Positions 12,661 to 26,384 are shown, numbered from the stretch's first letter. The stretch is DNA of 64,000 nucleotides from Zootoca vivipara (GCF_963506605.1 NC_083277.1:6944001-7008000), one strand, 5' to 3'. Notes: generated from the letters alone by a model not told the origin. Translations and numbers: made by a program.

Positions 12661-12860
12661 AAAGGTAAAGGGGCCCCTGACCACCAGGTCCAGTTGTGTC
12701 CGACTCTGGGGTTGCGGCGCTCATCTCACTGCCGGGTCATGTGGCCAGCATTACAAACCTGCTTCTGGCGAACCAGAGCAGCGCATGGTTCCCGCCGGAG
12801 CGATCCCTATTTAGCTACTTGCACTTTGACGTGCTTTCGAACTGCTAGGTGGGCAGGACC
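12661..12860 (-). mobile_element. Sauria SINE (Squam1-type), partial
   Basis: AAAGGTAAAGGG tail and GTGCTTTCGAACTGCTAGGT body match other copies in the window. Confidence 0.75.
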
Positions 12861-12869
12861 ACAAAAAGG

Positions 12870-13920
12870 ACGCAGAAAGTCAGCAAACAGTTGGAGGGGG
12901 CTAAAAAGCAGTGATGCGGCGGCCACAGCTTTAAATGGCTCACAACGCTCCCCTCGCCGTCACAAGGGCTGCCGAGGCTGGATTGCGCCTTCCGTCCCGC
13001 GCCTGCGCTGCGCGCCAGGTTTTGCACAATCCGTCGGGGAGCAGTTAGCGCTCAGAATGGGGTCTTTCTTCCCATTCCGGCGCCCGAGCATCGCCGCTCG
13101 AGAGGCCGGAGGCTCTTGGTGAGGTGGTCTGGAGGAGCGATCGCGAGCTCTTGGCTGGCTGGCTCGCTTTCTTTTTGTTGCTCACGGAAGGCGGAAGGGG
13201 CCAGCAGGGCTCCCACCACCGTCAGTCGCCCCGCTGCCCCTCTGCCTTGGGCCATGCAGCCCACAACGTTCCGGCAGCGTGGCTCCCGCTGCCGTCAGTC
13301 ACCCCGGCGACGCGGAAGGGCCAGCGGACCTCCGGCCACCGCTCTGCCTTGTGCCATGAGGCCCACAATGTTCTGGCGGTGCAGAAGGGGCCAGCAGGGC
13401 TCCCACCGCCACTCTGCCTCTGGCCATGCAGCCCACAACATTCTGGCAGCGCGGAGGGGGCCAGCAGGGCTCCCGATGCCGAGGGGTTTCCCCGTCCGGG
13501 CGCTCGGCCCGAGTGGAAAAAAGTCCTGGGAAGAGCGGGGAGGCTCCCAGCACGGCTCGCCTGGCGACGCGCTCAATTCATGCACCCCCTCCCATCTGGT
13601 CTCAAGCCTCTCTGAGGCTCTAAAAGAAAGCAACATGGTACGTCTTATTTTCGGGGTATGTCTTATATTTTGCGAATGCATAAAAACCCTGCCATGGCTT
13701 ACTTTCTGACTACGTATTTAAAAAGGGGAAACACGGTAGGCATGTTGTAGGCGCGGCTTCCGATTGGCTGATTGACCCAGGAAACAATGCCAACAGCCGA
13801 AGAGGACGTTTGGCTTCCAAAAAACATTAGCAAACCGGAATGCTTACTTCTGGGTATGTGGCGTTCAGGAGCCAAGTTGATCATCAACTAAGCCATTCGG
13901 GAACCAAGGTACCACTGTAA
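12870..13920. mobile_element. GC-rich composite of Tc1/Tigger-like DNA transposon pieces with internal GGGGCCAGCAGGGCTCCC repeats
   Basis: Terminal-like GGGGAAACACGGTA (~13738) and GGTACCACTGTA (~13918), with repeated ~60-bp internal units. Confidence 0.5.
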
Positions 13921-14086
13921 TTTTATTTAAAGAGATGCTGTTTCCTTTAGATGGGGGTTGTTTTAATGTGTAGCTGTTTAAAAAATTTTTTTTGGCATTT
14001 TGTTAATTGTTTGATTGAGGGGGGAGGGGAGGCTGCCTGAGAGTGGGCCCCTGCCAACAGAATGGCTGGGGCAAGTTCCACTAGGA

Positions 14087-14332
14087 CAGGCATGTCCAAC
14101 AGATAGATCATGATCTACTGGTAGATCACTGGATGTCTGCGGTAGATCATTGGCTCCCCCCAAAGAAGCTGAACAACTGACAACTGTGGTACCCCTAAAA
14201 AAGCTCAACATTTTACCTCCTTCCTTAAAAAAGCTCAACAACTTTGACCTGAACCCCCCAAAAGGGGGTAGATCACTCCCAGTTTTTAACTCTGTGAGTA
14301 GATCGCAGTCTCTTGAGAGTTGGCCACCCCTG
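14087..14332. mobile_element. hAT MITE
   Basis: TIRs CAGGCATGTCCAAC / GTTGGCCACCCCTG with 8-bp TSD CACTAGGA. Confidence 0.85.
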
Positions 14333-14533
14333 CACTAGGACATCCAATCTCCGGAATTACAGGTAGGAGGAGGAGTTACGCTAGCGCCAGACCATGTCAA
14401 TACCGAGGAGGCAGGTTTAGCCATTGTTTGAAGACTATCCCTACATTGAGCATGTAAGAAGATACAGTCCTTTGTGTCTTCATTGCTTCTTTACAACAAT
14501 GGGAGTTATGGTGCTGCTCCTATAATACTAATC

Positions 14534-15340
14534 TGTCAGGGACTGGGCAGAGGAGCAAAGGTGGAGACTGCCTTCCTAGCCTGACCCTTCCAGGGAGGAG
14601 GAAGAGGAAGATAGTATAGATTTACAACAGGGGTTTGAGGGAGGTCTCAACTCAGAGGCAGGTGAGGGGGAAAGATGGGAAATCATGGGAGAGCCAGAGC
14701 AACACCCGGCTGACACGTTGTCACTAGAAAGCATCCCTGACACACCATCTCACAGAACCCGGCAAGCCTTGGAAGTAGGAGAGCAGAGAGCTCAGAGACA
14801 GAGGGCATCTGTATAAGTGGCCAATGAGGAAGTGAGAGAGATGGGGGTGGAGACAAGGCTATTCTCCAAGAGGTTGGGTTGTATAGCCCCTCTCTGTAAA
14901 TACTGAATAAAAAAAGCACTGTTGGGATTATGGAAAGCAAGGAGTTAAAAACACTCTCAGGCGTTCTTATTATCTGGGTGCCAGCCCACAGCTACGTGCT
15001 GATTACTGTGTAGTCATAAATCATGCTGTAAAGAGAATGTACTTTCACTTTGAGGTTGAGAAGTGAGAGCTAAGAGAAAGCTCTGTGGAGGAGTGTTTAG
15101 AGATAAGGCAGCTGCTACCATGCAGCTCAGTTCTGTTGGTTTAGATGTATTATGTTAAGCAACTGTAAATAAAGTTTAAGTTAGTTAAGAAGCTACAGTG
15201 TGTTTGATTTCTTGAAGACAACAACTGCTATCTGATTTCCAGTTGCGCAGTAAACTCTGCTGGGTCTGAGAAGAAGAATTTTAACTGGCACAGCTGGGAG
15301 CGTGGCTGGGCACCATTGCAAGTTGGCGGCGTTTCACAAC
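14534..15340 (+). mobile_element. Probable nested LTR fragments (TGTCAGG.. and TGTTGGG.. starts)
   Basis: TG starts at 14534 and 14920, TATAA/AATAAA signals, end ..TTCACAAC. TSD not clean. Confidence 0.4.
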
Positions 15341-16137
15341 CCACTAATGAACTTTATAGCACCACGATCATAAAAACATCCACAAGCACAATAGGAAATC
15401 TTCCCTTTCCTGGGCAACTTTCCCTTATACTTTCCTGGGCAACAGCCGGGAGTCGCTGACAGCATCCAGAAATAATCTTACCAACTCAGCTTCCAAAGCA
15501 CCACCACCAGTCTCACACTAGTCTGTTGATTTACAGTAAAGTGTGAACTCTGACTGAAGCTCGTTCCACACTCCTGTGAGTCTCCTTGTAGATTTTGTGT
15601 AGTTCTTCTGGAATTTGTATCAGCTCATGAGAAGTTGTCCACATGAGCCGGAAAGCTCTCTGGCTCCCTCAGTCTCAAAGCGGAGATGAGCACCACACGC
15701 CATAGTCAAATTAGGCTGGACTTAACCGTCCAGGGGTCCTTTTACCTTTATATAATCCCTGAATGCATTTCTATAGCATCCTCCACCCCTATTTCTGGGT
15801 TGCTGTACATCATCATCACCTTTGATCAACCATGCAGTAGAAATAAGAGCTGAAACCGGAAGCCTGAGAGAGGGGAGCCTCTCCTCTCCCAGGTTATCTA
15901 ATGGTTTGATTTGGTATAATGTTTCTGAGGAAACAGCTGACCTGAACCATGTAGGGGGTGGGGTAAGTGGACCCCCCTTTTCAGGGATCCCTCTGTCGAA
16001 GAACTTGGAGGAGTAGCCAGGAGGGAGAAGCCAAGGCAGGCCCTCCACACGTTCCCCTGCCAGCCGCCATGATGGAGATGACTCTCTAAAAGGCCACATC
16101 TCTCTCTCAGTCTCCCCACTGTCAATGTCCTGCTGGG

Positions 16138-16240
16138 CTTCCCTCCCCCCACGTTTCTCAGCCCCCCAACTTCCCTCCCCCCATGTTTCTCAGCCCCCCA
16201 ACTTCCCTCCCCCCACGTTTCTCAGCCCCCCAACTTCCTC
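16138..16240. repeat. ~32-bp C-rich tandem repeat, 3 copies
   Basis: CTTCCCTCCCCCCACGTTTCTCAGCCCCCCAA repeated. Confidence 0.85.
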
Positions 16241-17099
16241 CTCCATCAGCCCCCGGGTCTCTCCGAAGCACAGATGAGCAGGGGGGGTCTCTATGCAGGC
16301 CTCTCTTGCCTCCTTTAACCCTTCCGTGAACTCCCTCTCGTGATCTCCCCCACTCTCTTTAGAGTCCGACTGGATGGTCCTGGGTGGCACTCACCGGCTT
16401 CTAGCTGCTGCCTTTGTTTACCCTCAGGTTGCACCTGGCTCTGCAACCAATGTAGCTGCTCTATGAGTTGCCTGCTGCGGTCCTGTAGCGAGTCAAGCTG
16501 TTCCAGTAGCCGACTGCGCGTCTCCCTGTCCTCCAGGCTTGCTGCAGACAGTTACAGCTTGTCAGCAACTGCTCCAACGCACAGCCACTGGCTCAATGCA
16601 CCACCAGGACTCACCAGCTCCCCACTGAGATGCAGTTAGTCGTTTTGCACTTTGCACACGCTCAGAAACACTGGGCATATAACCTGTCAGTGTTCTGAAA
16701 AAATAGCAAAGGTCCTGACTTCCTTTGTCTCCTCAGCCTGTTCCTCGGACCCTTGTCGGCATAAAAGACTCCACGAGAAGAACGTCCTTGAAGACGATTT
16801 TATGCTTTTATTCTTAAAAGTCTTCATCCGCAAAACAACCAACTGTACACACATCAAACGCAACTCTCTTTCTCTAACCAACCAACCAACCAACCAACCC
16901 ACAACACAGCACTAACATTGACCATTCTATATATACAGGTACAATTAGGTGAGAGGTTGCATGAGTCATTGTAGGCTGCTGACTTAGTTCTTTTAGCATT
17001 AAAGAAACAGCAGCCAATTTTTAGCCGTGACATAAACATCATTGCTGTTTTTTTTTCATTTTTTACCTCCAGGTATTCAATCATGTTCATAATATTTAT

Positions 17100-17870
17100 T
17101 ATATTCTCTTTCATTTGTCTACCTGGAAGAAATCCTGCCCGATATTGATGTATTTATTCACATAATATTTTTTTCATTCTATTAGCTAAAATTTGTAATC
17201 ATTATTTAATAATGAAATAGGCCTGTAATTTTTTATTTGCATTAAATCCAAATCTTGTTTTGGGATCACTGTTATATAAGCTTCCTTCCATGCTCCTGGG
17301 ATTTCCCCTGCTTTTAGAATCTCATTCATCACATCTTTCAATGGATTTACTAACTGCTCACTTAGCTTTTTATAATATTTTGCCATTAGCCCATCTGGTC
17401 CCGGAGACTTGCCACTTTTTGTCCAATTTATTGCCTCTAATACTTCTTGCGCTGTTATTTGGGTATTTATAATCACTGATTGTTCCTCTTTTAATTTTGG
17501 GAGATTACATTTCCTTTCTTATACAATTCTGAGAAATATTTCACAAATGCTTCTCTTATTTCCTTCATCTTATCTGTAATTCTCCCATTTATATTGATTT
17601 TATTTATGAAATTTATTTGTTCACTTTGTTTCAATTGCCACACTAGCAATTTTCCTGATTTGTTGGCATATTCAAAATATTTCTTCATTGTCTATCATAG
17701 AATATTGGGTTCGTAATATTCTGATTGCCTGCTTTACTGACTCTTTATTAGCTTTTTTGCAATTTATTCTCCTTTTTCATAATTTCATCTAAAATTTCCT
17801 TTTTCCTTTCAATAGAATTTTGTTGTATAAACAATCCCCTCATTACCACCTTACTTTCATCCAGACCGTT
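17100..17870 (-). mobile_element. L1-clade LINE ORF2 fragment (decayed RT)
   Basis: Minus ORFs contain KYFEYANKSGKLL, KSGKSPGPDG and NYRPISLLNNDYK. Confidence 0.9.
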
Positions 17871-18023
17871 TGTATTTTAACCTGGCCCTGGAGGTTTATT
17901 TCAAAATAACCCCCAAGGTCTTCCCACACTCCAACATTACTAAGATGTTTCCCTTGTATGAGTTCTTTACTGTTTAGGAAGGGAGCCCCAGTCACTGACG
18001 TTCTTTCCATACACCAAACATTT

Positions 18024-19193
<1,170 letters not shown>

Positions 19194-19239
19194 TTATTCA
19201 GTAGCGTCAATCATTCAGTTCGGACACAGAGATCCAGGT

Positions 19240-21190
19240 CCCAGGGCCTTCTGGCGGTTCCCTCCCTGCACAAAGTGAAGTTACAAGGAACGAGGCAGAG
19301 GGCCTTATTGGTAGTGGTGCCCACCCTGTGAAACGCCCTCCCGTCAGTTGTCAAATAAATAACTATACAGCTTTTTGAAGACATCTGAAGGCAGACATGT
19401 ATAGGGAAGTTTTTTAAGTTTTATGTTTTATTGCTTTTATATTTGTTAGAAGCCAGCCAGAGTGGCTGCGGCAAGCCAGTCAGATCCATGGGGTACAAAT
19501 AATGAAAGTATTAATGTTAGTATTTTTTTTATTGAGTTTATATACTGCCCTATACCTGGAGGTATCAGTGTGGTTCGCAGAAAATATCACATCATATACA
19601 ATCAGAATAAAAGCAACAACCCAATAACACCCCCTCCCAAAAAAGAGCCACATTTGAAAAAGACTAGGATGTCAAATATATCAAGCAAAAACCTAGTTAA
19701 AAAGGAACATTTTTGCATGGCACCTAAAGGTGTATACCCCTTCATGGATCACTCAAGCAAAGGGTCTTGAATAACTCCAAGAAGCTATGATCTATGCCAT
19801 GCAGGGCCACCCAAGACAGACAGGTCAGCCGAGAGTTTAGACTACATGTAATCCACCTGGAGAAGGAACTGGCAACCCACTCCAGTATTTTGCCATGAAA
19901 GCTCCATGGACATAAAAAAAGGAAAAGCTTTGAGAGGAAAGTGAGTGTTTCCAAAGCTGCTCTGGTTCATGGGGTCACGGAGAGTTGGACACGACTATGA
20001 CGACTAAACAACAACAAAGGTGTATAATGAAAGCGCCAGGCGAACTTCCCTGGGTAGAGCATTCCACAGATGGAGAGCCACTGCAGAGAAGGCCCTGTTC
20101 TTGTGTTGCCACCCTCCAGAGCACTTGAGGAGGCCCACAAAAGAGGGCCTCAGAAAGGGGATCTCAGGGTCCAGGTAGGTCCATGTGGAAATAAGCAGTC
20201 CTTGAAGTATTGTGGTCCTGAGCCATTTAAGGCTTTATAGGTCAAAACCAGTACTTTGAATTGGGCCTGGAAACTAATTGGTAGCCAGTGCAGTCAGACC
20301 AGGATGGGTGTAATATGCTCAAACCTCCTTGCTCCAGTGAGCAACCTGGCCACTGAATTCTGCACTAGCTGAAGTTTCCAAACTGTCTTCAGAGGCAGCC
20401 CTACATATAATGCATATCTGTATCTAACCTTGAAGTTAAGAGAACATAGATAACGGTAGATGTGCTATCATTGTCCAGATAGGGGCATAGCTGGGCCACC
20501 ACTCAAAGCTGATGGATGGCACTCCAGGCCATCTGAGTCTCAAGTGACAGCAAAGGATCCAGGAGTACTCCCAAGCTACGAAACTGCTCCTTCAGAGGAA
20601 GTTTAACCCCATTCAAAACAGGCGACATTCCTGACCGCCGAGAGGTCAAGAACAATTAACAGACACACATTTCCCTTGTCTCTCTCATGACAGAAATCAT
20701 CATACAGGCGACCAAAGCAGTTTCTGTGACAAACCCAGGCCTAAATCCTGATTGAAATGGATCCAGAAAATCAGTTTCCTCCAAAAGCACCTGGATCTGG
20801 TCTGTGACCACTCGCTCCAGAACCTTGCCCAGGAAGGGGAGATTAGCAAGTGGCCGGTCTTTCTGAATCCAGGGAAGGATTGTTAAGGAGTGGTTTTACC
20901 ACTGCCTCCATAAAACATGCAGGGTCCACCCCCTTCTGTAAAGAGGCATTGATCATCTCCCTGGCCCAGACAGCTGTTCTCTCCTGCTGGTTTTTACTGA
21001 GCACCTTGTCCACATCTTCCAGCCTTACCAACTGAAAAAACTCATCCAACACAACAGGACTAGAATGTGCTCTGGACACCCCATGAGATTCATCTGCTAT
21101 AACAGCAGAGTCAAGGTCCTGGTGGATGCAAGCAATTTTATCTTAAAAATGCTTTGCAAAGAAGTCACAGTGAGCTACCACTGGTTCTAC
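19240..21190. mobile_element. L2 LINE fragments with a BovB/RTE piece (~19745-20018); mirrored at ~29290-31010
   Basis: L2-type EAVVKPLL..PSLD RT motif and L2 3' end (GCCCTATACC..GGTT). The same order of elements recurs inverted in the right arm. Confidence 0.7.
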
Positions 21191-22659
21191 CACTTCCTTT
21201 GGCCTAGCCCCCCCCCCCAGGACCTGCAGTGCTGAGGAGGGAAATCCCTGCCTGAAACCATGGAGAGCCATTTCCTGCTAGTGAAGGCAATGTTGAGTTA
21301 GATGGACACAATGAACTGATTTGGTATAGCTTCTTATGCTCATCCACCCCAAAAATATAATAACTGAAGCAACCAAGGAAATAACATTATGAGGATTATT
21401 GCTCTCTCCTGGCATTTCGAAACTGTATGTTCCAGTATGCGTGAAGCTTCATGTTCGCCAGTGAATAAAGAGCTGCTTTGTGCCTCCATCAAAAGAAAAA
21501 ATTATCATTTTACTGTTGTCTGCACAAAATTGTTTTAAAAAACATTAATTATTTCCCTGTAAAGGTGGGCAATGGATTATTGCTGAAGGTTTCCAAGGGA
21601 AAAAGTGAAGAAATGTTCATGGGTGAAACTCTGAGCTAACTGTGCAATACACCACAGGTTAAACAAAAAGGAATGAATTTTATCTTTGAAAAAGAACAGG
21701 AGCAAGAACCTTCATGAGCTGTAAGGTCAGTGAAACTTGTGCTGCAGAACATTTTATCTTGCATGAACAATGGAATAAGGAACATGCAAAAGCCACGTGA
21801 GGGTAGAAAAAAAAAATAAACCCTACACCCAGCACACCATCAGTGGCACAGAAAGCTATAAGGCCTCAGCCACACTTGGACTTGGAGATCCTTGTTTCTC
21901 CTCTTTTTTATTTTTTCCCGCCCAGAACTGTTCTTGTAGAAACTGCTGTTTGTGATTGAAACACAAATGTTTTAAAATGTGTGTGTTTGGGGGGGGGGAA
22001 TTATTGGGTTGTTTTTGTTTCAGTTTTGCTTATGTACTTTTGAGTTTTTATATAGTAATTTTATCCTGTGAACCACCCTGAGGTCTGTGGGTATAGGGAG
22101 TATTATAAATTTAATAAATTATAGTAAAAAAAAAGGCCAGATAAAAATTATTACAAGTTCCAGGGTGAGCCTCTGCAGAAGGTTTTCTAATGCTTAAGGG
22201 TTTGCTTTGACCCCAAGCCCTATGGAGAGACCAAGGAAGGTCACTCACCTGCCCAGGTTGGCCTGCTGGGAGGAGAGGAGGAGAAAGATCTGCCCTTCTA
22301 CTGGGAAAAGATGTCCTACTCCCATAGAAAGGGGGAAAGACCTATACATGAATCATTTTAGCGGAATTATATACAGAATGCATTAATTATGGGAAATGAA
22401 AATATTATGGGAAATATCCTTTGCAAAAGCGTGTGCATGAGGAGAAATCTGCACCAAAATGCTGACCAATTTTCAAGAGCTCTTTTTTAAAAATAAGATG
22501 TGGAAATCTGTACATTAAGAAAAAGGAGAAACGGGAAAAAAGCTTACATTGAAACGGTTTGCCTAATATATATATATTTAAATCCCTCCGCATACTCCCT
22601 CCAGCAGCACCCCCCCACTCCCCCCTCCAGTTATAATATATAATAATATGACCCACCTC

Positions 22660-22920
22660 CAGCGTCTCCGCGAGGAAGGACAGCCGCCGCCATGACCAGT
22701 ATCTCCCTGGGGAAGCGAGACAGGAAGCGAAAGCTCCTATTCTCCCGACAACCTTTTTATCTTCCGCTCTAGGAATCTCAGCTCTGTAGCCGCTGCTCTT
22801 AACCGTTTCGGAGCCGAACGGCAGGAGCCTCTGGGCTGTTCCGGGCAGAAAGCGAGACGAGGCGTTCGCCTCGCCTCCGGAAAGCCCCGGTGGATCAGTT
22901 GCACGGGCGCCCCAAAACTT
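22660..22920 (-). promoter_or_regulatory. CpG-rich promoter and non-coding exon 1 of the minus-strand ZNF
   Basis: CpG-dense, with donor CTGGAG|GTGGGT at ~22656. Inverted paralog of 28430-28690. Confidence 0.6.
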
Positions 22921-23176
22921 TTTCTAAACTATTTTTAAAAACAATATATTTTATTTTAAATTTATCCATTTGGTATATACATATCCAATCGAAATTTGCA
23001 ATAGATGACCCCCCCGGTTTCCACCCCCCTTTATTCTCCTTGCATATAATTAATTCCATTTCTCCTATTAGAATCATAGAGTTGGAAGAGACCACAAGGG
23101 CCACCCAGTCCAACCCCCTGCCAAGCAGAAAACGCCATCAAAGCATTCTAGACATATGCCTGTCAAGCCTCTGCTT

Positions 23177-24345
23177 TGTTGTTGTTGTTTAGTCGTTTAG
23201 TCGTGTCCGACTCTTCGTGACCCCATAGACCATAGCACGCCAGGCACTCCTGTCTTGCACTGCCTCCCGCAGTTTGGTCAAACTCATGTTCGTAGCTTCG
23301 AGAACACTGTCCAACCATCTTGTCCTCTGTCGTCCCCTTCTCCTAGTGCCCTCAATCTTTCCCAACATCAGTGTCTTTTCCAAGGATTCTTCTCTTCTCA
23401 TGAGGTGGCCAAAGTATTGGAACCTCAGCTTCACAATCTGTCCTTCCAGGGAGCACTCAGGGCTGATTTCCTTAAGAATGGATAGGTTTGATCCAGGGGC
23501 GTAGCCAGGATGAAAATCAGGGGGGGCAAGGGGCGGGGCCAAGGGGCCACATCGGAGCAGCCCGAAATCGGGCTGCTCCGACTCCCTCCTCCCCCTCCGC
23601 GATAGGAAGGGACGAGGGGGAGCCAGGATCAGCCCGAAATCGGGCTGCTCCGACTCCCTCCCCCCCCTCCGCGATAGGAAGGGACGAGGGGGAGCCAGGA
23701 TCAGCCCGAAATCGGGCTGCTCCGACTCCCTCCTCCCCCTCCGCGATAGGAAGGGATGAGGGGGAGCCAGGATCAGCCCGAAATCGGGCTGCTCCGACTC
23801 CCTCCTCCCCCTCCGCGATAGGAAGGGACGAGGGGGAGCCAGGATCAGCCCGAAATCGGGCTGCTCCGACTCCCTCCTCCCCCTCCGCGATAGGAAGGGA
23901 CGAGGGGGAGCCAGGATCAGCCCGAAATCGGGCTGCTCCGACTCCCTCCTCCCCCTCTTCAATCGCTGGGGCAGGTGGAGGGAAAGCCCCAGAGCCGCGC
24001 AAAGCGGTTGCCTGGCTTTCCCTCCGCCCGCCCCACAGCCAGCCGGCTAGAAGGGACGTCTCCCTTCTCCCTTGCTGGCTGTGGGGCGGAGGGAGGGAAA
24101 GCCAGCCAAACGCTTTGCGCGGCTCTGGTGCTTTCCCGCCGCCCGCCCCACAGCCAGCCAGGGAGAAGGGAGACGGCACCGGGCGGGCAGTGGGGCAGGC
24201 TGGCCAGTGGCCCTGCTTCTAGGGGGGGCAATTGCCCCCTCCTGCCCCCCCTGCCTACGCCCATGGTTTGATCGTCTTGCAGTCCATGGGACTCTCAAGA
24301 GTCTCCTCCAGCACCATAATTCAAAAGCATCAATTCTTCGGCGAT
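23177..24345 (-). mobile_element. BovB 3' fragment inserted in CR1
   Basis: ISPECSLEGQIVKLRFQYFGHLMRR motif; flanking duplication AGCCTCTGCTT. Confidence 0.9.
23494..24265. mobile_element. Non-autonomous hAT element with internal 72-bp tandem array
   Basis: TIRs CAGGGGCGTAG / CTACGCCCATG, 8-bp TSD GTTTGATC, and ~5.5 copies of a 72-bp unit at 23559-23957. Confidence 0.9.
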
Positions 24346-25089
24346 CAGCCTCTGCTTAAAGACCTCCAAAGAAGGAGACTCCACCACACTCCTTGGTAGC
24401 AAATTCCACTGCCGAACAGCTCTTACTGTCAGGAAGTTCTTCCTAATGTTTAGGTGGAATCTTTTTTCTTGAAGTTTGAATCCATTGCTCCGTGTCCGCT
24501 TCTCTGGAGCAGCAGAAAACAATCTTTCTCCCTCCTCCATATGACAGCCTTTCATATATTTGAACATGGCTATCATATCACCCCTTAACCTTCTCTTCTC
24601 CAGGCTAAACATACCCAGCTCCCTAAGCCGTTCCTCATAAGGCATCGTTTCCAGTATTTTCTACTTCTTTTTTCCTCCTAGTTCTATTCTTTGTTCATAA
24701 ATATTACATCAAACCTGCTAATATTTTGACGTTTATACAGTGGTTTTTAAAAAATAGTCTATGAAGTTTTCCCTTTCCAGGCTGAATTTTTTCTCATCTT
24801 GGCACCTGATCCTCACAGTAAGTTTAGCCATTTCGGCATAATCAGGGGGACATATTTTGTTCTATGACCAATGGTACCTATCGCTCAAATATGGGGGAGC
24901 GGAAAGCAACTCGGCACAGAGAGAGAGACAGAGAGAGAGAGAACATTCCTGGAGGGGGTGGGCACAGTGTAGGGAAATAATGACAGGAAAATAACAGAAA
25001 AATATGAAGGGGTGCTGAAAATGCAATTGAATAATATCTAGGGCACAGGTGAAAGGCAAAGCAAGTTTCTAGTCCTCTTGTTTCAGAAT

Positions 25090-25290
25090 GAAGAGCTGTT
25101 TAATTAGGAAGCAAGGAAACTGCCTCACTCAGATCCAGACCATTGGTCCATCTAGTTCAGTGCTGTCTGCACTGACTGGCAGCATCTCTCCAGGTTTCAG
25201 GCAGGGACTGGGACAATTTCTTAGCCCCGCCGGAAGATGTCAGGGATCGAACCCGGAACCTTCTGCACACAAGAGCCACTGAGCTGCAGC
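25090..25290 (-). mobile_element. Squam3-like tRNA-derived SINE (paralog at ~39705-39890, plus strand)
   Basis: AGCTCAGTGG..GGTTCGATCCC head; CCTGAAACCTGGAGAG..CTAGATGGACCAATGGTCTG body. Confidence 0.7.
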
Positions 25291-25375
25291 TCTTTCATCT
25301 TTTAAGCGAAACCAACTGCAGAATTTGCCAGCCACCGCGGATCTCTGGGAGTTACCAGGATGAAACTGTCTCACC

Positions 25376-25620
25376 TGCTGCTGCTTCTCCTCTGCCTGAC
25401 TCAAGAGGAAACCTTCGGCCAGGGCCACCGCCTGGGAACTGGTCTCTGCTCTGCATTCCCTCACCCAGTTCTCCATCTCCGGGGGGAGGACAGCCAGGAA
25501 CTGCTCCAGGATCACCAGGTCCAGGATCCGAGCCTTGGTGTGCCGCTCTGGCTCCAGCCACTCCCTGCAAAGGCAGTGGAGTTGGCTGCAAACCTCTCGG
25601 GGTCCCTTGGAGTGCCAGTG
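25376..25620 (-). pseudogene. SCAN-domain exon fragment (5'-truncated)
   Basis: [37 protein letters not shown] with donor CAG|GTGAGA. Inverted paralog of ~39390-39618. Confidence 0.8.
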
Positions 25621-25681
25621 GCTGAAGACAGGATCTGGTGACTGAAACAGAAGTCAGCAGACCCTTATATAAACAGTGCCA

Positions 25682-25929
25682 GGCAGATCCACTAGCAGGA
25701 GGCTGAGGGACCCTGAGAGGTTTGCAGCCGACTCCACCATCTCTGCTGTCAGTGGCTGAAGCCAGGGAGACACACCAAGGCTCAGATCCTGGATTTAGTG
25801 ACCCTGGAGCAGCTCCTGGCTGTCCTCCCCACAGAGATTAGGGTGAGGGAATGTGGAGCGGAGACCAGGTCCCAGGCGGTGGCCTTGGCTGAAGGTTTCC
25901 TCCTGAGGCAGGCAGAGGACGAGAACCAG
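25682..25929 (+). pseudogene. SCAN-domain exon fragment
   Basis: [28 protein letters not shown] with indels. Direct paralog of ~40396-40652. Confidence 0.8.
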
Positions 25930-26384
25930 GTGAGAGAGTTTAGAATTGTAGAGTTGAAAGGGATCCAAGCATCATGTAGTCGCCCCCCTGCAATGCAGAT
26001 ATCTCAACATGTGGTTTCTCATCCAATTTTAAACCATACTGGACACTGCTTAGCTTTGCAAATGTGCTAGCAGTTTGGAAGCCATATCTGTAAAAAAAGG
26101 AAACATGGAAGGAATTTGGGCAACAGACAAAGATATGTTAACAGAAGAAGAAAACAGGTTAAAGGTGAAAGAATATGAGGATATAAAAGCTCTGTTAACA
26201 GATTGGTTACAATATTACCAATTAAATACAAACTACTGTTGGAACGGGAGATAAAAGATGAAGAGGTTAAAGCTGTAATGATACACTGTCAAAATTACTC
26301 AGATGCCTATATTACGCAAATCCAATTGAAACACCACGCAAGCGTAATAGGTTGTAGAATAACAATTGTAGATTCTAGTTACAA

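Larger units (their letters stand above)
23068..24655 (-). mobile_element. CR1 LINE 3' part hosting nested BovB and hAT insertions
   Basis: ORF 24295..24645 ([22 protein letters not shown]) plus the ATTCT-type tail at 23068. Confidence 0.9.

Noticed and set aside
12409-13709. Several overlapping 130-240 aa ORFs
   Set aside because: They cross SINE and DNA-transposon boundaries in GC-rich repeat, with no recognisable domain.
23189-24222. CRISPR-like array or repeat-protein gene
   Set aside because: Units are contiguous with no unique spacers, the context is eukaryotic, and the ORFs arise from the 72-bp period.
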